Source: Eledone cirrhosa (lineage: Eukaryota). Taken from it: DNA of 64,000 nt. This document shows, piece after piece, positions 1-13,849 of this stretch; position 1 is the first letter of the stretch, and each line of letters starts with the position of its first letter. The notes below the pieces were generated by a model, which saw nothing but the letters and a program-made list of their open reading frames with translations, was not told the origin of the DNA and searched no databases. A program made the translations under genes and the position numbers. The DNA is taken from the NCBI GenBank assembly GCA_964016885.1, contig OZ024743.1, positions 357,554,001 through 357,618,000 of the forward strand, written 5' to 3'.

Positions 1-167
1 TATCCGCCCATGTACATAGGCATCAACACTAAAGATCGAAGTCAGAAACAGTCGACTGTCAAAAGATTACCCGCTCCTGCTTCTGCTGGAATCCACCTCA
101 TGGCGCTAGGCATCGGCCTCCAAAATTCATAGCTAAAGGCTTTCAAATGTTTATTCCTAAATATACC

Positions 168-169
<2 letters not shown>

Positions 170-247
<78 letters not shown>

Positions 248-271
248 ACACACATATATATATATATATAT
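170..271. repeat. (CT)n/(TA)n microsatellite; representative of dozens of (TA)n, (CA)n, (CT)n and (TACA)n tracts across the window
   Basis: Directly visible dinucleotide runs; they generate most [12 protein letters not shown] ORFs in the track. Confidence 0.98.
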
Positions 272-303
272 TTAACCGAATACTGTTAGTTATATCATAA
301 TCT

Positions 304-343
304 AATTTGCATATGTTTCATCCTCCTGGGACTCGTCGGAATT
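304..343 (-). ncRNA. Degenerate type I hammerhead ribozyme remnant
   Basis: Minus strand: aatt CCGACGA gtcc-cagga-ggat GAAAC atat GCA aatt; two core substitutions relative to CUGAnGA...GAAAC..GUH. Confidence 0.55.
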
Positions 344-463
344 AAACAAGATATAAATACCTCAACAAATTTATCTCGTCTAAAACCATAACGTACTGGA
401 AGGAAAACATTTCGTTTGCAACTTTTTCACCTACATCTTTCCAGTTTTTATATTTGAAAACGA

Positions 464-577
<114 letters not shown>

Positions 578-715
578 AGATTGAATTATTTTCCCATATC
601 TTACGTTAAATATTTTCCATCTTGACGTTATAGTCACTTATATATTATGAAATACTCTTGGCTTCTTGCTCACATTAATTTCTCTATTTTCATTTATATA
701 TATATAAATAAAATG

Positions 716-982
716 GCGAGTGTTGTTACATAACGCTGGTTTTCATGTTTTATCGAGTAGCGATGTCTATAAAGGCGAGATTTGAAGGAGGTAGCTGTAG
801 ACCCCCACATAGTACCACTTCTGGCTACCCGATTCGATAGTACATATGTATATGATGTTGCGTTCAAGTCACTGATTGTTCAACGGACACATTCCTGGTT
901 GGACACAGTTACAGTTATAATTATGCGTTGTTGTATTACCATGGATGGTTGATGAAAACCAGCGTTATGTAACAACACTCGC
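716..982. repeat. 31-bp inverted repeat (716-746 / 952-982) at the 5' side of a PLE fragment
   Basis: gcgagtgttgttacataacgctggttttcat versus atgaaaaccagcgttatgtaacaacactcgc. Confidence 0.9.
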
Positions 983-989
983 AGACAAG

Positions 990-1216
990 GCTTGGCAGCT
1001 GCGCGAAAATAACCAACAATTTAACCTAAAATGGGATATAATAGTGCTGCCCCTGCATATTTCCAAGGACAGGAATTTTGTAAATTGTGTAATATGGAAA
1101 TATTTTGTATTATGAAATCCAAAAATATTTTATTAAATAACAAAATAGAGCGTTCGTTATACTGTAACCATCGCTTGAAATCTACATTTTCATATTACAA
1201 ATGCTACCAGGATTGA
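990..1216 (+). pseudogene. C-terminal remnant of a Penelope-like GIY-YIG endonuclease
   Basis: FCKLCNMEIFCI...LLNNKIE...CNHR matches the CxLCxxE..LLN..CxH tail of ORFs 27068, 37161 and 53940. Confidence 0.8.
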
Positions 1217-1695
1217 ACGCTTGTCTCCATCTCCGTTTGATTGTCAAAATACATATTAACATTCTCTATTAGTCTTAATTCTATCAACTCTTCTATTCTT
1301 TATCATTTAATATAAATTGCTATAGAGAAAATGAGATTTCTTAATTCAATTCCCTAATGCATATACCAGCAGGCTACCAGCATTTTTATTATACAGTAGC
1401 AATGAGAATCTCTCTCTTCCTTACTTGACACTTTATATCTGTATTAATACTACTACACCAAACGACCAGCCCTGTCCATTGTTCAATTGGTCAAATATAG
1501 ATTAAAATAGGCACTCCCAAAAATTCTTATTTAGATAAAATAAGCCATATACACATTGTATTCTCATTAAAAACCTTCTATATACTTGTGTACCAGCAAA
1601 TTGAATTGCCATCTGTCATATACTATCCCATCTCTTCTTCCTTTCTTACAACTAATATAAATACTTTGATTTTTCTGATTTTTTCCAATTTATCC

Positions 1696-1816
1696 AATAT
1701 CTCTGAAGAAGTGACAACTGATTATACATTTTCTATCGAATACTTGCTAACATTATATGATTACGCAAACAGCGATACATAGGTATTCCGTCTGTTACAG
1801 AAACATATGTCAATAC
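1696..1816 (+). ncRNA. Hammerhead-like motif with ~90-nt stem II, downstream of the GIY-YIG remnant
   Basis: CTGAAGA (1703) agtgaca...tgttaca GAAAC atat GTC (1811); palindromic stem III ACATATGT; stem I imperfect. Confidence 0.55.
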
Positions 1817-1986
1817 CTAATAAATTCCTTTATAAAAGCACTTTCATTTTATATTCATCTTTTCTACATTTTCTCCGCAATATAATTTATACTCGTTGAG
1901 CAAACCTATACGTACGCTGTTCATCTCTAACGTGACGATATATTATCACTACATTATTGATAACTTGAAATTTTTATATATATATA

Positions 1987-2190
1987 TATTAAAATAACAG
2001 ATTAAAGTTTAAGCAAAGAATCGGTGCTTTCACCCTTAACGGGATATTAAGGGTGAAAGCAGTGATTCTTTGCTTAAACTTTAATCTGTTATTTTAATAA
2101 ATATTTGCTCTACGGTTTTTACATATGTGATATATATTTATCCATATCGAGCCCTCTTTGGATTTTAGTCTTCAAATTTATTATTATTAC
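1987..2190. repeat. Fold-back (1987-2039 / 2047-2099) of a dispersed repeat between (TA)n tracts
   Basis: ~52-bp inverted arms; the same sequence recurs at ~26830, 34905, 43336 and 62505. Confidence 0.85.
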
Positions 2191-2210
2191 TATATATATA
2201 TATATATATA

Positions 2211-2242
<32 letters not shown>

Positions 2243-2247
2243 CATAC

Positions 2248-2299
<52 letters not shown>

Positions 2300-2302
<3 letters not shown>

Positions 2303-2680
2303 TTATATATATCAGTTGAATTATCCAAGGAAAATTCAACTGAAAAGGTATGTTAAATGGCTATGTCAAAATTTATAAAACACACTTTGTATTTTATCTG
2401 ATGAAAGCGTACCAGATTTTTGGTACCCTTGAAATATATATAATTGTTTCTACATTAGGCACAAGGCCAGAAATTACCCAGTGCATTACTGTACTTTATT
2501 TTATCGACCCCGTAAGGATGAAAGGCAAAGTCAACCTCGGCGGGATTTGAACTCAGATCGTAAAGGGACGTAACTATGCTGGAAAGCATACCGATACTGC
2601 CAATCCACCGCCCTTGAAATATATATAATAGAATAAATATGGTTTTATAAATATAGTTTCCATTTATTTAATATCATCGT
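2300..2680 (+). mobile_element. PLE 3'-end fragment with HHR (core at 2398), interrupted by a SINE
   Basis: tattttat CTGATGA aag-c-gtacc..ggtac-c-ctt GAAA tatataTA; homologous to 38890-39038 and 57057-57158. Confidence 0.75.
2445..2612 (-). mobile_element. tRNA-derived SINE (family A) with target-site duplication
   Basis: Matches family consensus; flanking direct repeat cccttgaaatatatataat at 2426-2444 and 2611-2629. Confidence 0.92.
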
Positions 2681-5599
2681 ATATATATATCTATATTTAG
2701 TAATATCTCATATAAAATAATACAACCAGCTATCCACGAAATACTGATTAGTTAGCACCCCAAACACTAAATTGGGATAATACTTAAGTATATCCTAATG
2801 TTTGTTGAGTGAGATGGAGTTGGTCGGAGTATCGCTTAATGCTTTCTCTATTTATGTATTGTATATATATATATATTAGGGATACGTAATTTAATTGATC
2901 GAACAACTTGAATTCTTGTCGTCGAAATCGAAGAAGAATTAATTTATTTTCATTATACATTTATATAACTTTTCATAGGCAGTTAAACTGAAAAACTGTT
3001 TCTCTTTGAACGAAGCCATTTGCAGATGTCTGCGCAGATGTATGGAATTTAGAGACTCGTGGAATTTTAGTTTCAGCTGAAATAAAACATAAAATATTTA
3101 GTATTTTCCTCCTAGATCGTGGACGACGGTCACGATAGAGATGTTTTATTTACTGCAACTGCCACTGTTCTTACGAGTCATAGTGTTGTAGTTAAATTGA
3201 TCGCTTCGCAGTCATCAGGTTCCGAATTCGATCCTGGCAGCCCAAACAAGTGTTTTTATTTTACCAGTGCTTCGGTTTAACTCAAACCTGTGTGTAAAAT
3301 TGGATAGCCAGAAATCACGTGGAAGTGCGCCGCACAGACTGTCACTGTTTGTGGTTCGTAGTCTGATTATAAACTGTCACCCGGCTTAACACAATTACTT
3401 ATCTTTCAGTTGCCTTTCGTCGAATTTACTCTGAAGCAAGCATTCGAGTTAGATCTTCGGTTTGTGGACAACTTCCTCTTTTCACAAGTGTCGAATGCCC
3501 TGCGCTTTCTACTCTGGCTTATTCTTTAATAGTAAAAAATTCACGAAAAAAGAACTAGACTTTTTAAACCAATTTCCTGCCGACTGTATAGAAGGAAACT
3601 GCCATGCTGACATGGCTTCATTTCTGATTATAATGGTTAACCTCAACACCGAGTTTCTTTGTTGATATCACACCGAAGGTGTTTTCTATCAGAATCCAGT
3701 TTTTTTCTACATATTGTTCCTCTTGTCATGCTGATGATTAATGGCTTATTAAGATTGGTACTTAAGATGTACTTGTACAGTGTATTTTTGTTTCTGCATC
3801 TCTTCTCTACTTAGTGAAGTATATGTGTAGGTATAAATGCCATAATCTATCAATGAAATATTTTTTGATGCTCCACTACAGTGATTATGACTTGAAATTT
3901 ATGATAACGTTAACGAATGGCTTATGATATGTGGGCGTGTAAATTATGCACTTCATATCTATATCAGTAACTAAAAGAAATATAGAAATATATGGAAATT
4001 CTTAGAAATGCACAGAAACGCATATATGATAATAAAAGTATATATTATAAAGGATGTTCCTGTCAAATAACTCTGCCCCAGAATATCATCTGCACTTATT
4101 TTATAGAAACCCTAACAGATAGTGTCATAAATTATTATTATCATTAAAGGCTACACAATTCAATAACAATTTAATATAGTGCCGGGCAATAAGTTGATAC
4201 AGCTGATTACGATTTATAGAATACATTACGGAAATCATTTTAGAAAACTGATGAAAAGGTTAGCAAGAAAATTGTTAACATTCAACAACATATTTCCTGT
4301 AAATGATTTGACAATAATGAATGACTTTGTAGTAACTTTAACCACCTTTTACCGAAATATAGAGCGTTTTCAATTTTTAAAATGCTATAAGAACCAACAA
4401 GGATAACACCAACAACTAGACAGTGGCATCACCATTAAACTCACCCCATCATTAACGCTAACAATTGTACTACTAATACTACGACCAGCAAAACCTCTAA
4501 AATTAGTGCTAGCGCTAATAAGTAACATGAACAATACAATCAAAACCGAAAACCGTACAATAACTATTAGCACTATCATCACAATCACTACAGTTCCCCT
4601 TACGACCAGTATTGCCCCATCACACACACTTCTTGTATGCACTCCTGTAACACCGGCCTACTTGCCACAATCCCCAAAAGCACATTGTTATGCAGATTAT
4701 GTTATATTTCATTCTTCTCAAACGTTCCGTGTCCAAGTGTCATCTATATGCAACCTTATGTCAAACATGCACGAATGCCATGAGTGAGACTTCAAAAACA
4801 CTTTGCAATAGGGTCGTACGAATTTTGTGTTTTTCCATACCACAAAGCCAGTCACTATATATATTGTACTTCCTCTAAAGTTGAACAATACGTAACTAGA
4901 ACGCTCATGTTCACTAGAAATGTACCTTATCACAGAGAATATTTTCTGACAATTGCACATATTCAACTTAGCAATAACTGACCCCACTCTTCAACACCTG
5001 ATCATACTTCAGTCTACAACAACTAGTAACTTTTTACATAATCCACGTATGAATCACAATGGAATACTACTCTAAAATTTAGTACGTTGTTGCTATTACA
5101 AATACAATATTTTAGCGCGCAAAAAGGGCCATTCGACTAATTGACATAAAATTTCTCGACAAGACACTCCAAATTTTACTTTTCCTAGTTCTTTCCTTTC
5201 TACCATTAGCTACTAGATTGGCCTCTGCTCCCTAAATTGTGTTGGTGCTCTATCATCTCTCCCGTTCCACTTGTCCCTTCTATCGTTACACATATTGTAT
5301 CCATCCGCTTGGCTTCGTACTAACAACGTTACTCAGTCCTTCTTCCCCAGAATGACGCCCTTCTAGAACTCCCCCCTTGCTTATGTTTTACGTACAGCAT
5401 GTTCAAGAGGATCATTAATTAGGTCGATCTGATTAATCTCTGAGGAACTGCGAAAGACAATGGCACAGTCTCTTCTTCCAGACTAATTAAAATAATTACC
5501 ATCACTGTAAATACTCCCTGCTACTTCCCGTATTATTTCAAACTGCAACAGTTAAGTACGACTGCACCAACTGTGATCTTTAGTGCAGGAGAAATCATG

Positions 5600-6090
5600 G
5601 TGTCCATCATTATATACGGGGACAGATCAAAGGAATGTCTGTATATGGCCTTTGTAGACCTTAATATATCGTACCATACTGTGAGAAGGAAAAATCTTTG
5701 GAAAAAAATGCAACGTTTTAGGATGCCTACCAAAATACTCACCATAGTAATCCGACTGCATGAGAATTAATGTGGCAAATTCCTAATAGGAAACAGTGTA
5801 AAGCAAGGCAGCTTTCGTGCACCGACTTTCTTTCTCGTGTTCTTCAGCACGATGTTCATAAGGATCACAGAAGACATTTACGGCGAGAACCGTCACTAGA
5901 TCGGATACCGCACGAATGATATCCTCTTGAGTGTGGCAACTAAAGTAAAATAATGAGACACTTAAACACTTCTCTTGAAAGTTGCTCTTCACCAAGAATG
6001 TTTCGCTTGTTGCCTAAACACAGTCATCCTAGCAACGAATAATATTCTGCTGTCGCGTTATTCAGGCTAGAGATCAGCTTGGTTAAATTT
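5600..6090 (+). pseudogene. Decayed RTE-clade LINE reverse transcriptase fragment
   Basis: LYMAFVDLNISYHTVRRKNLWKKMQRFRMPTKILTIVIRLHE resembles the RTE RT motif LYxAFxDLxKAFDxVxRxxLW. Confidence 0.65.
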
Positions 6091-6127
6091 AACAATGTGT
6101 CATTCCTTTGCTAGAACGACACAGTAT

Positions 6128-6232
6128 TGCCGAGGTTAAATTTGCCTTTCATCCTTACGGAGTCGATAAAATAAAGCACCAGTAATGGACTGGAATAATT
6201 GCAGGCCTTGTGCTAAAAATAGAACCAATTAT
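6128..6232 (+). mobile_element. SINE family A, 5'-truncated
   Basis: gccgaggttaaatttgcctttcatccttacgg..gataaaataaagcaccag core. Confidence 0.85.
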
Positions 6233-6636
6233 TTTGAGGGAGATTTTGGATGTAATCTCTAGCAAGGAAAGCCTTTAGAGTCCATTGTTAGTTCCTGAAT
6301 TAAACAGTTTTGGTTCTTTTTTAATTTCATCGTCAGGTCTGAATCAAGAACCTTTGTCCGAAATCATTCTAGTTGTGTTCCAACCACGGTTTCTCTAACA
6401 AAATGTGTGTGATTCGTAGGAGACTTCATTGTTATTTTGAGCAGGTCGAGCAACCCAACTGTGTAAAAAAACACTTATTAATTCGGCTTCGAAGTATTTG
6501 TTACTTTTGGCGGCATGTGATACGGCAGCAAAAGAATAAAAATCTAAAACAAAAAGAGCAATTGAACATTCATACATACTTCAAACAAACAACAGGAGCC
6601 CGGATGACTAGAATAGAAATCAACGACAAACTACTA

Positions 6637-6766
<130 letters not shown>

Positions 6767-6767
6767 G

Positions 6768-6799
<32 letters not shown>

Positions 6800-6886
6800 C
6801 ACACACACATATATATATATATATATATTTAGTCTTCGCATTTATTATTATTACTATATATATATATTATATATATTATATATATA

Positions 6887-6971
<85 letters not shown>

Positions 6972-7019
6972 TATATATATATATATATATATATTTAGTC
7001 TTCGCATTTATTATTATTA

Positions 7020-7069
<50 letters not shown>

Positions 7070-7485
7070 TTATATATATTATATATATTATATATATATA
7101 TATATAATATATATTATATATATTATATATATATATATGTGTGTGTGTGTATGTATGTATATATATATACATTGTGGTTTATCTAATAGGCAAATAACTT
7201 ATCTATTTGTCAAATGGTTTGAAAATATAATGATGCTTTATTACTATCTCTCTCAAACGACGTAACCCCTTCTTTAATTGAAAAACGATTTATTTCTTAA
7301 AGACACACATGCATACAGACATTCAGACATATCCATCCATCAATCCGTAATACATACAGGCATACATACATACATACATACATACATACATACATACATA
7401 CATACATACATACATACATCTGTAATACATGCACGCACACATACATACACATCCCCACGTATATATATATATATATAGCGGATTG

Positions 7486-7523
<38 letters not shown>

Positions 7524-7525
<2 letters not shown>

Positions 7526-8116
7526 TAGAATTGGTGCTCTGAAATAGCTATATATATATATAATGTATTTTGCAATAGACTTTATGCTTAATTAAAAGCA
7601 TTTTGAAGACCGTATGCTATTGTTTTAGAGTAGTGACAAACTCACTTACTTTAATCTCAGCAAACAAGGGGAGATAAGCCGACAAGGCCTTGTTTCACAT
7701 TTATTGATGCTTATCAAGGCTAACTACTCCCTCCTGTCTACTGAGATCACTGATGTTATATTCTTATAGAATTCTAGTAAATAATCAGGAACTGATTATA
7801 CAGAGCGGTTGCCGGTCAGGCAGAAATTAAAAATTAGAATTGGAGCTCTGAAATAGCAATATATATATGAATGTATATATAATGTATTTTGCAATACACT
7901 TTATGCTTAATTAAAAGCATTTTGAAGACCGTATGCTATTGTTTTAGAGTAGTGACAAACTCACTTACTTTAATCTCAGCAAACAAGGGGCTTATCTCCC
8001 CTTGTTTGCTGAGATTAAAGTAAGTGAGTTTGTCACTACTCTAAAACAATAGCATACGGTCTTCAAAATGCTTTTAATTAAGCATAAAGTGTATTGCAAA
8101 ATACATTATATATACA

Positions 8117-8120
<4 letters not shown>
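7524..8120 (-). mobile_element. PLE-type end: direct repeat (7524-7670 / 7834-7990) plus fold-back (~7870-7990 / 7998-8120), with degenerate HHR at 7677-7721
   Basis: Repeats directly visible; minus strand agcc TTGATAA gcat..atgt GAAAC aaggcctt GTC ggct; bounded by (TA)n. Confidence 0.75.
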
Positions 8121-8179
<59 letters not shown>

Positions 8180-8214
8180 GTATATATATATACACAAATA
8201 TATATATAGCGGAT

Positions 8215-8383
<169 letters not shown>

Positions 8384-8700
8384 CTCACATGGCCAGAGTT
8401 CGTGTCAGGTCTGTTTTCTAAAAGCGCTCATATATTCACCTAGCTTATGCTAAACAGAATAATTTTGAAGCTTGTTTCTTTCCCCTACGGTTAGCTATAC
8501 TCTGTGTTGTTCTCCTGTCTCACTCGCTTTACGCGTTTCAATTGTCCTAATAACTTATTTTGGTTATTATTGCACCGACGTGAGGTATATGATTTTTAAT
8601 GCAATGAAATATCGATGATCGTCGGCAAATCACTGATGAGAGACTCATTTTATTACATGTTATCCATGTGCTACCTGCAGTATTTTACTCTATATTTTAT

Positions 8701-8738
<38 letters not shown>

Positions 8739-8744
8739 TATATA

Positions 8745-8832
8745 TATGGCAGTGAATTGGCAGTATCGGTAGAGAGTCGGACGCCAAGCTTAGGCGCATA
8801 GAGTTACGGCCCTTGCCATTCTGAGTTCAAAT
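8745..8832 (+). mobile_element. SINE family A 5' head fragment
   Basis: ttggcagtatcggtagagagtcggacgcc...gagttcaaatc (A and B box-like). Confidence 0.85.
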
Positions 8833-8833
8833 C

Positions 8834-8902
<69 letters not shown>

Positions 8903-8924
8903 TAGATAGATAGATAGATAGATA

Positions 8925-9412
8925 TGTTTCTTTATTAGCCACAGGGGCACAAAAGAAGAGGACAATTACAAAGGGGGGAGTTTACATACAATAAAAACGT
9001 GTTAAATGTTATCACAATTGTAAATTAAAAGTTAATCGATTTTCCCCAATAGGGGAGACAGCTCATATGGGTAGCACATACCCCCGAAAAAAATGTGCAA
9101 CCCTCATCTCCAGGAGTACGAAGAGTTTCTACCCCTTTCCTCTCTTCTCCTTTTTCCTCAATCTACAGGCTGATATAGAGAGAAGGCCCATTCACTCAGG
9201 CCATTCTCGCCACTTTCACCCACCTTTCATAAAACTTGCTGGGGTACTCACCTCTCTCTCCATCCTGACTCTTCTTCCAAAGTGGTATTTGAAAAAAAAA
9301 GAATCAGTTGACCGGAGAGAAAGCTGTCTGACTTCAGCCCTTTTAACCTCGTCCACCATACATCCTCTTTCGCCACAGCTATCACACAAAGGAAAACCGC
9401 CTCTCCTTCGTA
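8925..9412 (-). mobile_element. 3' end of Tx1/L1-like LINE
   Basis: Minus strand [20 protein letters not shown] / [15 protein letters not shown], ending ..aataaagaaa before (TATC)n; homologous to 12700-13235. Confidence 0.65.
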
Positions 9413-9429
9413 GATAGATAAATATATAT

Positions 9430-9504
<75 letters not shown>

Positions 9505-9761
9505 CATATATATATGTATGTGTGTTGATGTTTGTGTGTGTATGTGCAAGTATGTCTGTGTATGATCATACAAGTGTAGAAAAATGCACGTATGTATAAG
9601 TGCGTTTGTATTTGCGATTAAATACGCATGTGTTTTAGTAGATATGAATAAGTAAAACTATAACTTATATATATTTATATATATTCAGAACTCCTGAAGC
9701 AGAATTAGTTATATATAAATGTGTATGCCATATAAGTATTATTTAACATACATGTTATACA

Positions 9762-9814
<53 letters not shown>

Positions 9815-9819
<5 letters not shown>

Positions 9820-9965
9820 TTGCTGCCAACTCGTTTTCGAGTACGGCCACTACTTTATATCCATGTAGGAGAACTCCTACCGAGGGCGCTGAACGAGTGT
9901 GGCTTTTTAGTCCAGCCAGCGACTTGAAAACTCTGGTACAAACACTACTCTTGTGACAATTATTG
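9815..9965 (-). mobile_element. Possible RTE-like LINE 3' end with zinc-finger remnant
   Basis: VCTRVFKSLAGLKSHTR resembles a C-terminal C2H2-like motif; followed by a TA tract. Confidence 0.4.
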
Positions 9966-10309
9966 ACACATAGTGCTGGGCCCATGGTACCATGTGATGA
10001 CAAATGCAGAGAGATATCCAGATATAAAGCAATGCCTGTGCCGTGAAGCTTTTATAGTGAGCATAGGCACTGCACAAAGCCAGTCCCACTCTCTTAACCA
10101 AGATGATATTTACCAAAAAGAAGAACAAGTCAACATCATTGGATACCATCAGGGTTGCAGATGTTATATCAGGGTTTCCCTTCTCCTAGAATTCTGCCTT
10201 GACAAAGGCTAAGGGGTCATCTCTCCCGGTGATTTTGGATGGCCATTGACTCTTAAGAGCTCCTTTGCCCTTTGATAGGTTCTGTTTTTAGTCTTGCAGG
10301 ATGTCCAAA

Positions 10310-10420
10310 GTCACCCTCCTTACCAAGAAACCTTGGTGGGGTTGCCAGTTTAGTCGCCAACGACCCGACCATGGGACAGGTTGTACTGGAATACATGTTA
10401 CCAGTAGCACCAACTGGTGA
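10310..10420. repeat. Dispersed repeat shared with ~12590-12690
   Basis: agtttagtcgcc.acga...gacaggttgtactgg..tacatgttaccagta present at both sites. Confidence 0.75.
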
Positions 10421-10423
10421 CCT

Positions 10424-10519
<96 letters not shown>

Positions 10520-10567
10520 CATCCTGAAAATACGCATAAATTAAGTTACAGAATATTATGAACTCTC

Positions 10568-10751
10568 ATGGATTGGCAGTATCGGTAGAGGGTCGGATGC
10601 CATGCTTTCCAGCATAGTTACGTCCTTTTACGATCTGAGTTCAAATCCCGCCGAGGTTGACTTTGCCTTTCATCCTTACAGTGTCGATAAAATAAAGTAC
10701 CAGTAATGCACTGGGTATTTGCTAGCTTCGTTCCAAAAGTAGAAACAATTA
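10568..10751 (+). mobile_element. SINE family A, near full length
   Basis: A box tggcagtatcgg, B box gagttcaaatccc, core ctttgcctttcatcc..gtcgataaaataaagtaccag (Nin/Deu-domain-like), 3' agaaacaattatt. Confidence 0.92.
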
Positions 10752-11256
10752 TTTAACTATATATAAATGCATATGACATGTTCACACACAAGACTACTTT
10801 ACGCACATATAAATGCATATACGTCCATACATATATATATATACGTGCAAAGAGTATTTATTTGTCTGCGCATTTATTTGTCTGCCTCAGTATGTGTGTT
10901 TGTGTGGATGTGTGTGACACTTTAATAATCGTGTCTGTAACATCTGGTATTTAACCCGGAGTAGAGTCGTTTGACAATTTACTGCTGGTTTTTGTGGCCA
11001 TAGAAAAGTCGTGCCTCCATTTGGCGGACGCCTCCTGCTGTCGATTTGATTGAAGCTGTGACGTCACTCTACTGCCGTCTTGTAAATATGAGAGTTTGCA
11101 GTGCTTTCATTATGACAACCATAAATAACGGACGGCTTGGTCGCAACTGTCTAGATATTACTTGATAAGCCTGTTTAATAGAGTGAAGGGTCGGTGTGGA
11201 GGGAATAAAACTGTGTGCGCGTGTGATATGTATGTATGTGTGTATGTATGTATATA

Positions 11257-11295
<39 letters not shown>

Positions 11296-11660
11296 ATTTA
11301 TGAATGTATGTTTGTGTGTATGTATGTATATGTGTATGCGTATGTATATTTATGAATCTTTGCATGTAGGTATGTATATATGTATTTATATTTGTATGCG
11401 TATTTGTATATGTATGTATGTATGCATGTATGTATATATATATATATATATATATATGCGTGCACATAGACATGCATATATAAATATACATACATACAAA
11501 CATACACATACACACACACACGCGCGTATATGTGTGTGTGAGTGTGTGTATGTGTGTGTGTGTGTGTGCATCTGTTTGTTTTACATGTGTAGACATGGTT
11601 TGTGTGTTTTACGTGACACATGGCAGTGTTACTATACATATATATATATATATATATGTG

Positions 11661-11702
<42 letters not shown>

Positions 11703-12054
11703 TGTGTGTATGTGTGTGTGTGTGTGCATGTGTGTGTTTTACGTTAGTAGATGAACACATCTACGCGCATACATGCACCCATGAATACACACATACACAC
11801 ATACACACATATACACATATACACATATACACATATACACATATACGCATGAATGTGTTTACTATGTCAGATGGCATTAGTGATGAATTCATGATGTCGC
11901 TGCTTCTATTGTTGTTGTTGCTATTGATGTAATCAGTGATATTTTAGTTGTTGTTGTAGTCGTTACTCATTACTTTCTTCTTACTGCTAATTGTTGTTAA
12001 TCATGATGATGATGGTTGTAGGTGGTCTATTTTATTGATAAGGCTGTTGCATTT

Positions 12055-12118
12055 ATGGTTGTTGCTGTTGTTGTTGCAGTTGCTGCTGCTGCTGCTGTTG
12101 CTACTACTACTGCTGCTG

Positions 12119-12172
<54 letters not shown>

Positions 12173-12173
12173 T

Positions 12174-12222
<49 letters not shown>
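12055..12222. repeat. (GTT)n/(GCT)n/(ACT)n trinucleotide tract
   Basis: Directly visible. Confidence 0.95.
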
Positions 12223-12699
12223 GGTCTGGTCTTTTCCCATTCTCATTGCGGATAGTCGAGGACCATTGGACAATTTCACCAATTCTCATCTATTAGACAC
12301 CATCTGTCTATAATTCTTATCAGAAAAAACGTGATATCGTTGTGTCCAGAATCCTCGTTCAACCATTACTCGGAAACTGGCTACCGAGCCGGAACTTATA
12401 CGCTTTTATCACAAGGATGAAGCCGTTGGCTATTGAAAGGTTGAGACGAAGGTGATTAAGTGGTCCCATCTACTTCGGTTCTGAAATCAGAGTGATCCTC
12501 CTAGGCAGACGAACTCTGTCTACCCGTTTTTTTACACACATCCTTTGTTTGCTTTTGGTTTTCATCCTACAGAGTGTCCAAGAATCACACTCCTCACTCA
12601 GCAAGATTGGTAGGGATTGAGTTTAGTCGCCGACGATGCAGCCATGTGACAGGTTGTACTGGGTTACATGTTACCAGTAACAGCTGTTACCGCGTGTAA

Positions 12700-13235
12700 G
12701 ACGGATCTGGCTATCGACCGACACAATCGTGAAGATCACCCCGCCTTCTTCTTTTGGTTGGAAAACGTAGGCACTTTTCCTCAGTTGTTGGCTGTAGTGA
12801 AAGAAGTTGTGTGGTTACGCGGCTGAAAGGACTGAAGACAGACACTTTTCTCTCTTGCCAATCTCTTATCAACTTTTTAAAGTTTACTTGGAAAGGAATG
12901 TGAGGGTGGAGAGAGAAGTGTTTCCCCCCAGAACATTGTTAAACGGTGGGTGAATGTAGTGAGGATGGTCCATGTAAATGGGCCTACTCTGAGCATGCGC
13001 CTGTAGGCTGGCAAGTTTGGAGAGGAGACGGGCGCCCTCTGGTGTGCTCTTTGAGAGTAAGGTGGTTTACGATTGGTGGGGATCCTGAGTCATACTTGGG
13101 TGCTACTCCCCTCTATTTGGGAATTTTCAATATGTTGTTGTCTTTTGTGATCTGTTAACTGTTTTTGGTGAATACCCACTGGTCTTATTTTTCATATTGT
13201 TTCCCATATGTTGGCCCTTGAGGCCAATAAAGAAA
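12700..13235 (+). mobile_element. 3' end of Tx1/L1-like LINE
   Basis: ggctgtagtgaaagaagttgtgtgg..ggctgaaagg..gtggagagagaagtg..ggccaataaagaaa; homologous to 8925-9412. Confidence 0.65.
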
Positions 13236-13243
13236 TGAAATCA

Positions 13244-13630
13244 TGGTGGATTGGCAGTATCGGTAGAGGGTCGGACGCCATGCTTTGCAGCACAGTTACG
13301 TCCCTTTACGGACTGAGTTCAAATCCCGCCGAGGTTAACTTTGCCTTTCATCCTTACGGGGTCGATAAAATAAAGTACCAGTAATACACAGGGTAACTGC
13401 TGGCCTTGTGCCAAAAAAAGTAGAAACAGTTATTATGAGGGACGTAACTCTATGCCATCATACTTTCCAGCATAGTATCACGTCCGTTTGAGAACTGAGT
13501 TCAAATCCCACCAAAATTAGCTTTGCCTTTCATCCTTACGGGGTCGATAAAATAAAGTACCAGTAATGCACTGGGAGGTCAAAAAAATTGCTGGCCTTGT
13601 GCCTAAAGTAGAAGCCATTATTATTATTAT
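13244..13630 (+). mobile_element. Two tandem SINE family A copies (13244-13435, 13436-13630)
   Basis: Consensus match; second copy 5'-truncated with (ATT)n tail. Confidence 0.9.
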
Positions 13631-13849
13631 TGGTCGTCGACAAGAGAAGACGTGTTTTTTTTACTTTGGAGACTCTGGGAAATTGTATATCTGAATTTTT
13701 ATTTATTTTTTTTTTTATTTGATTTTTGCTGCAAAGGGTTCGTAGCACTTCGGTCTGTGACCTGTGAATGGAAGACTTTATAATATTTCGGCCTTTTGGT
13801 CCAAATATTTGGACGTTTAAACTATATTTTATTTTTCTTTAAAAAAAAC

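Noticed and set aside
8630-8650. Isolated CTGATGA motifs (also ~30573, 54388, 54501)
   Set aside because: No properly placed stem II-GAAA-stem III; a 7-mer is expected by chance
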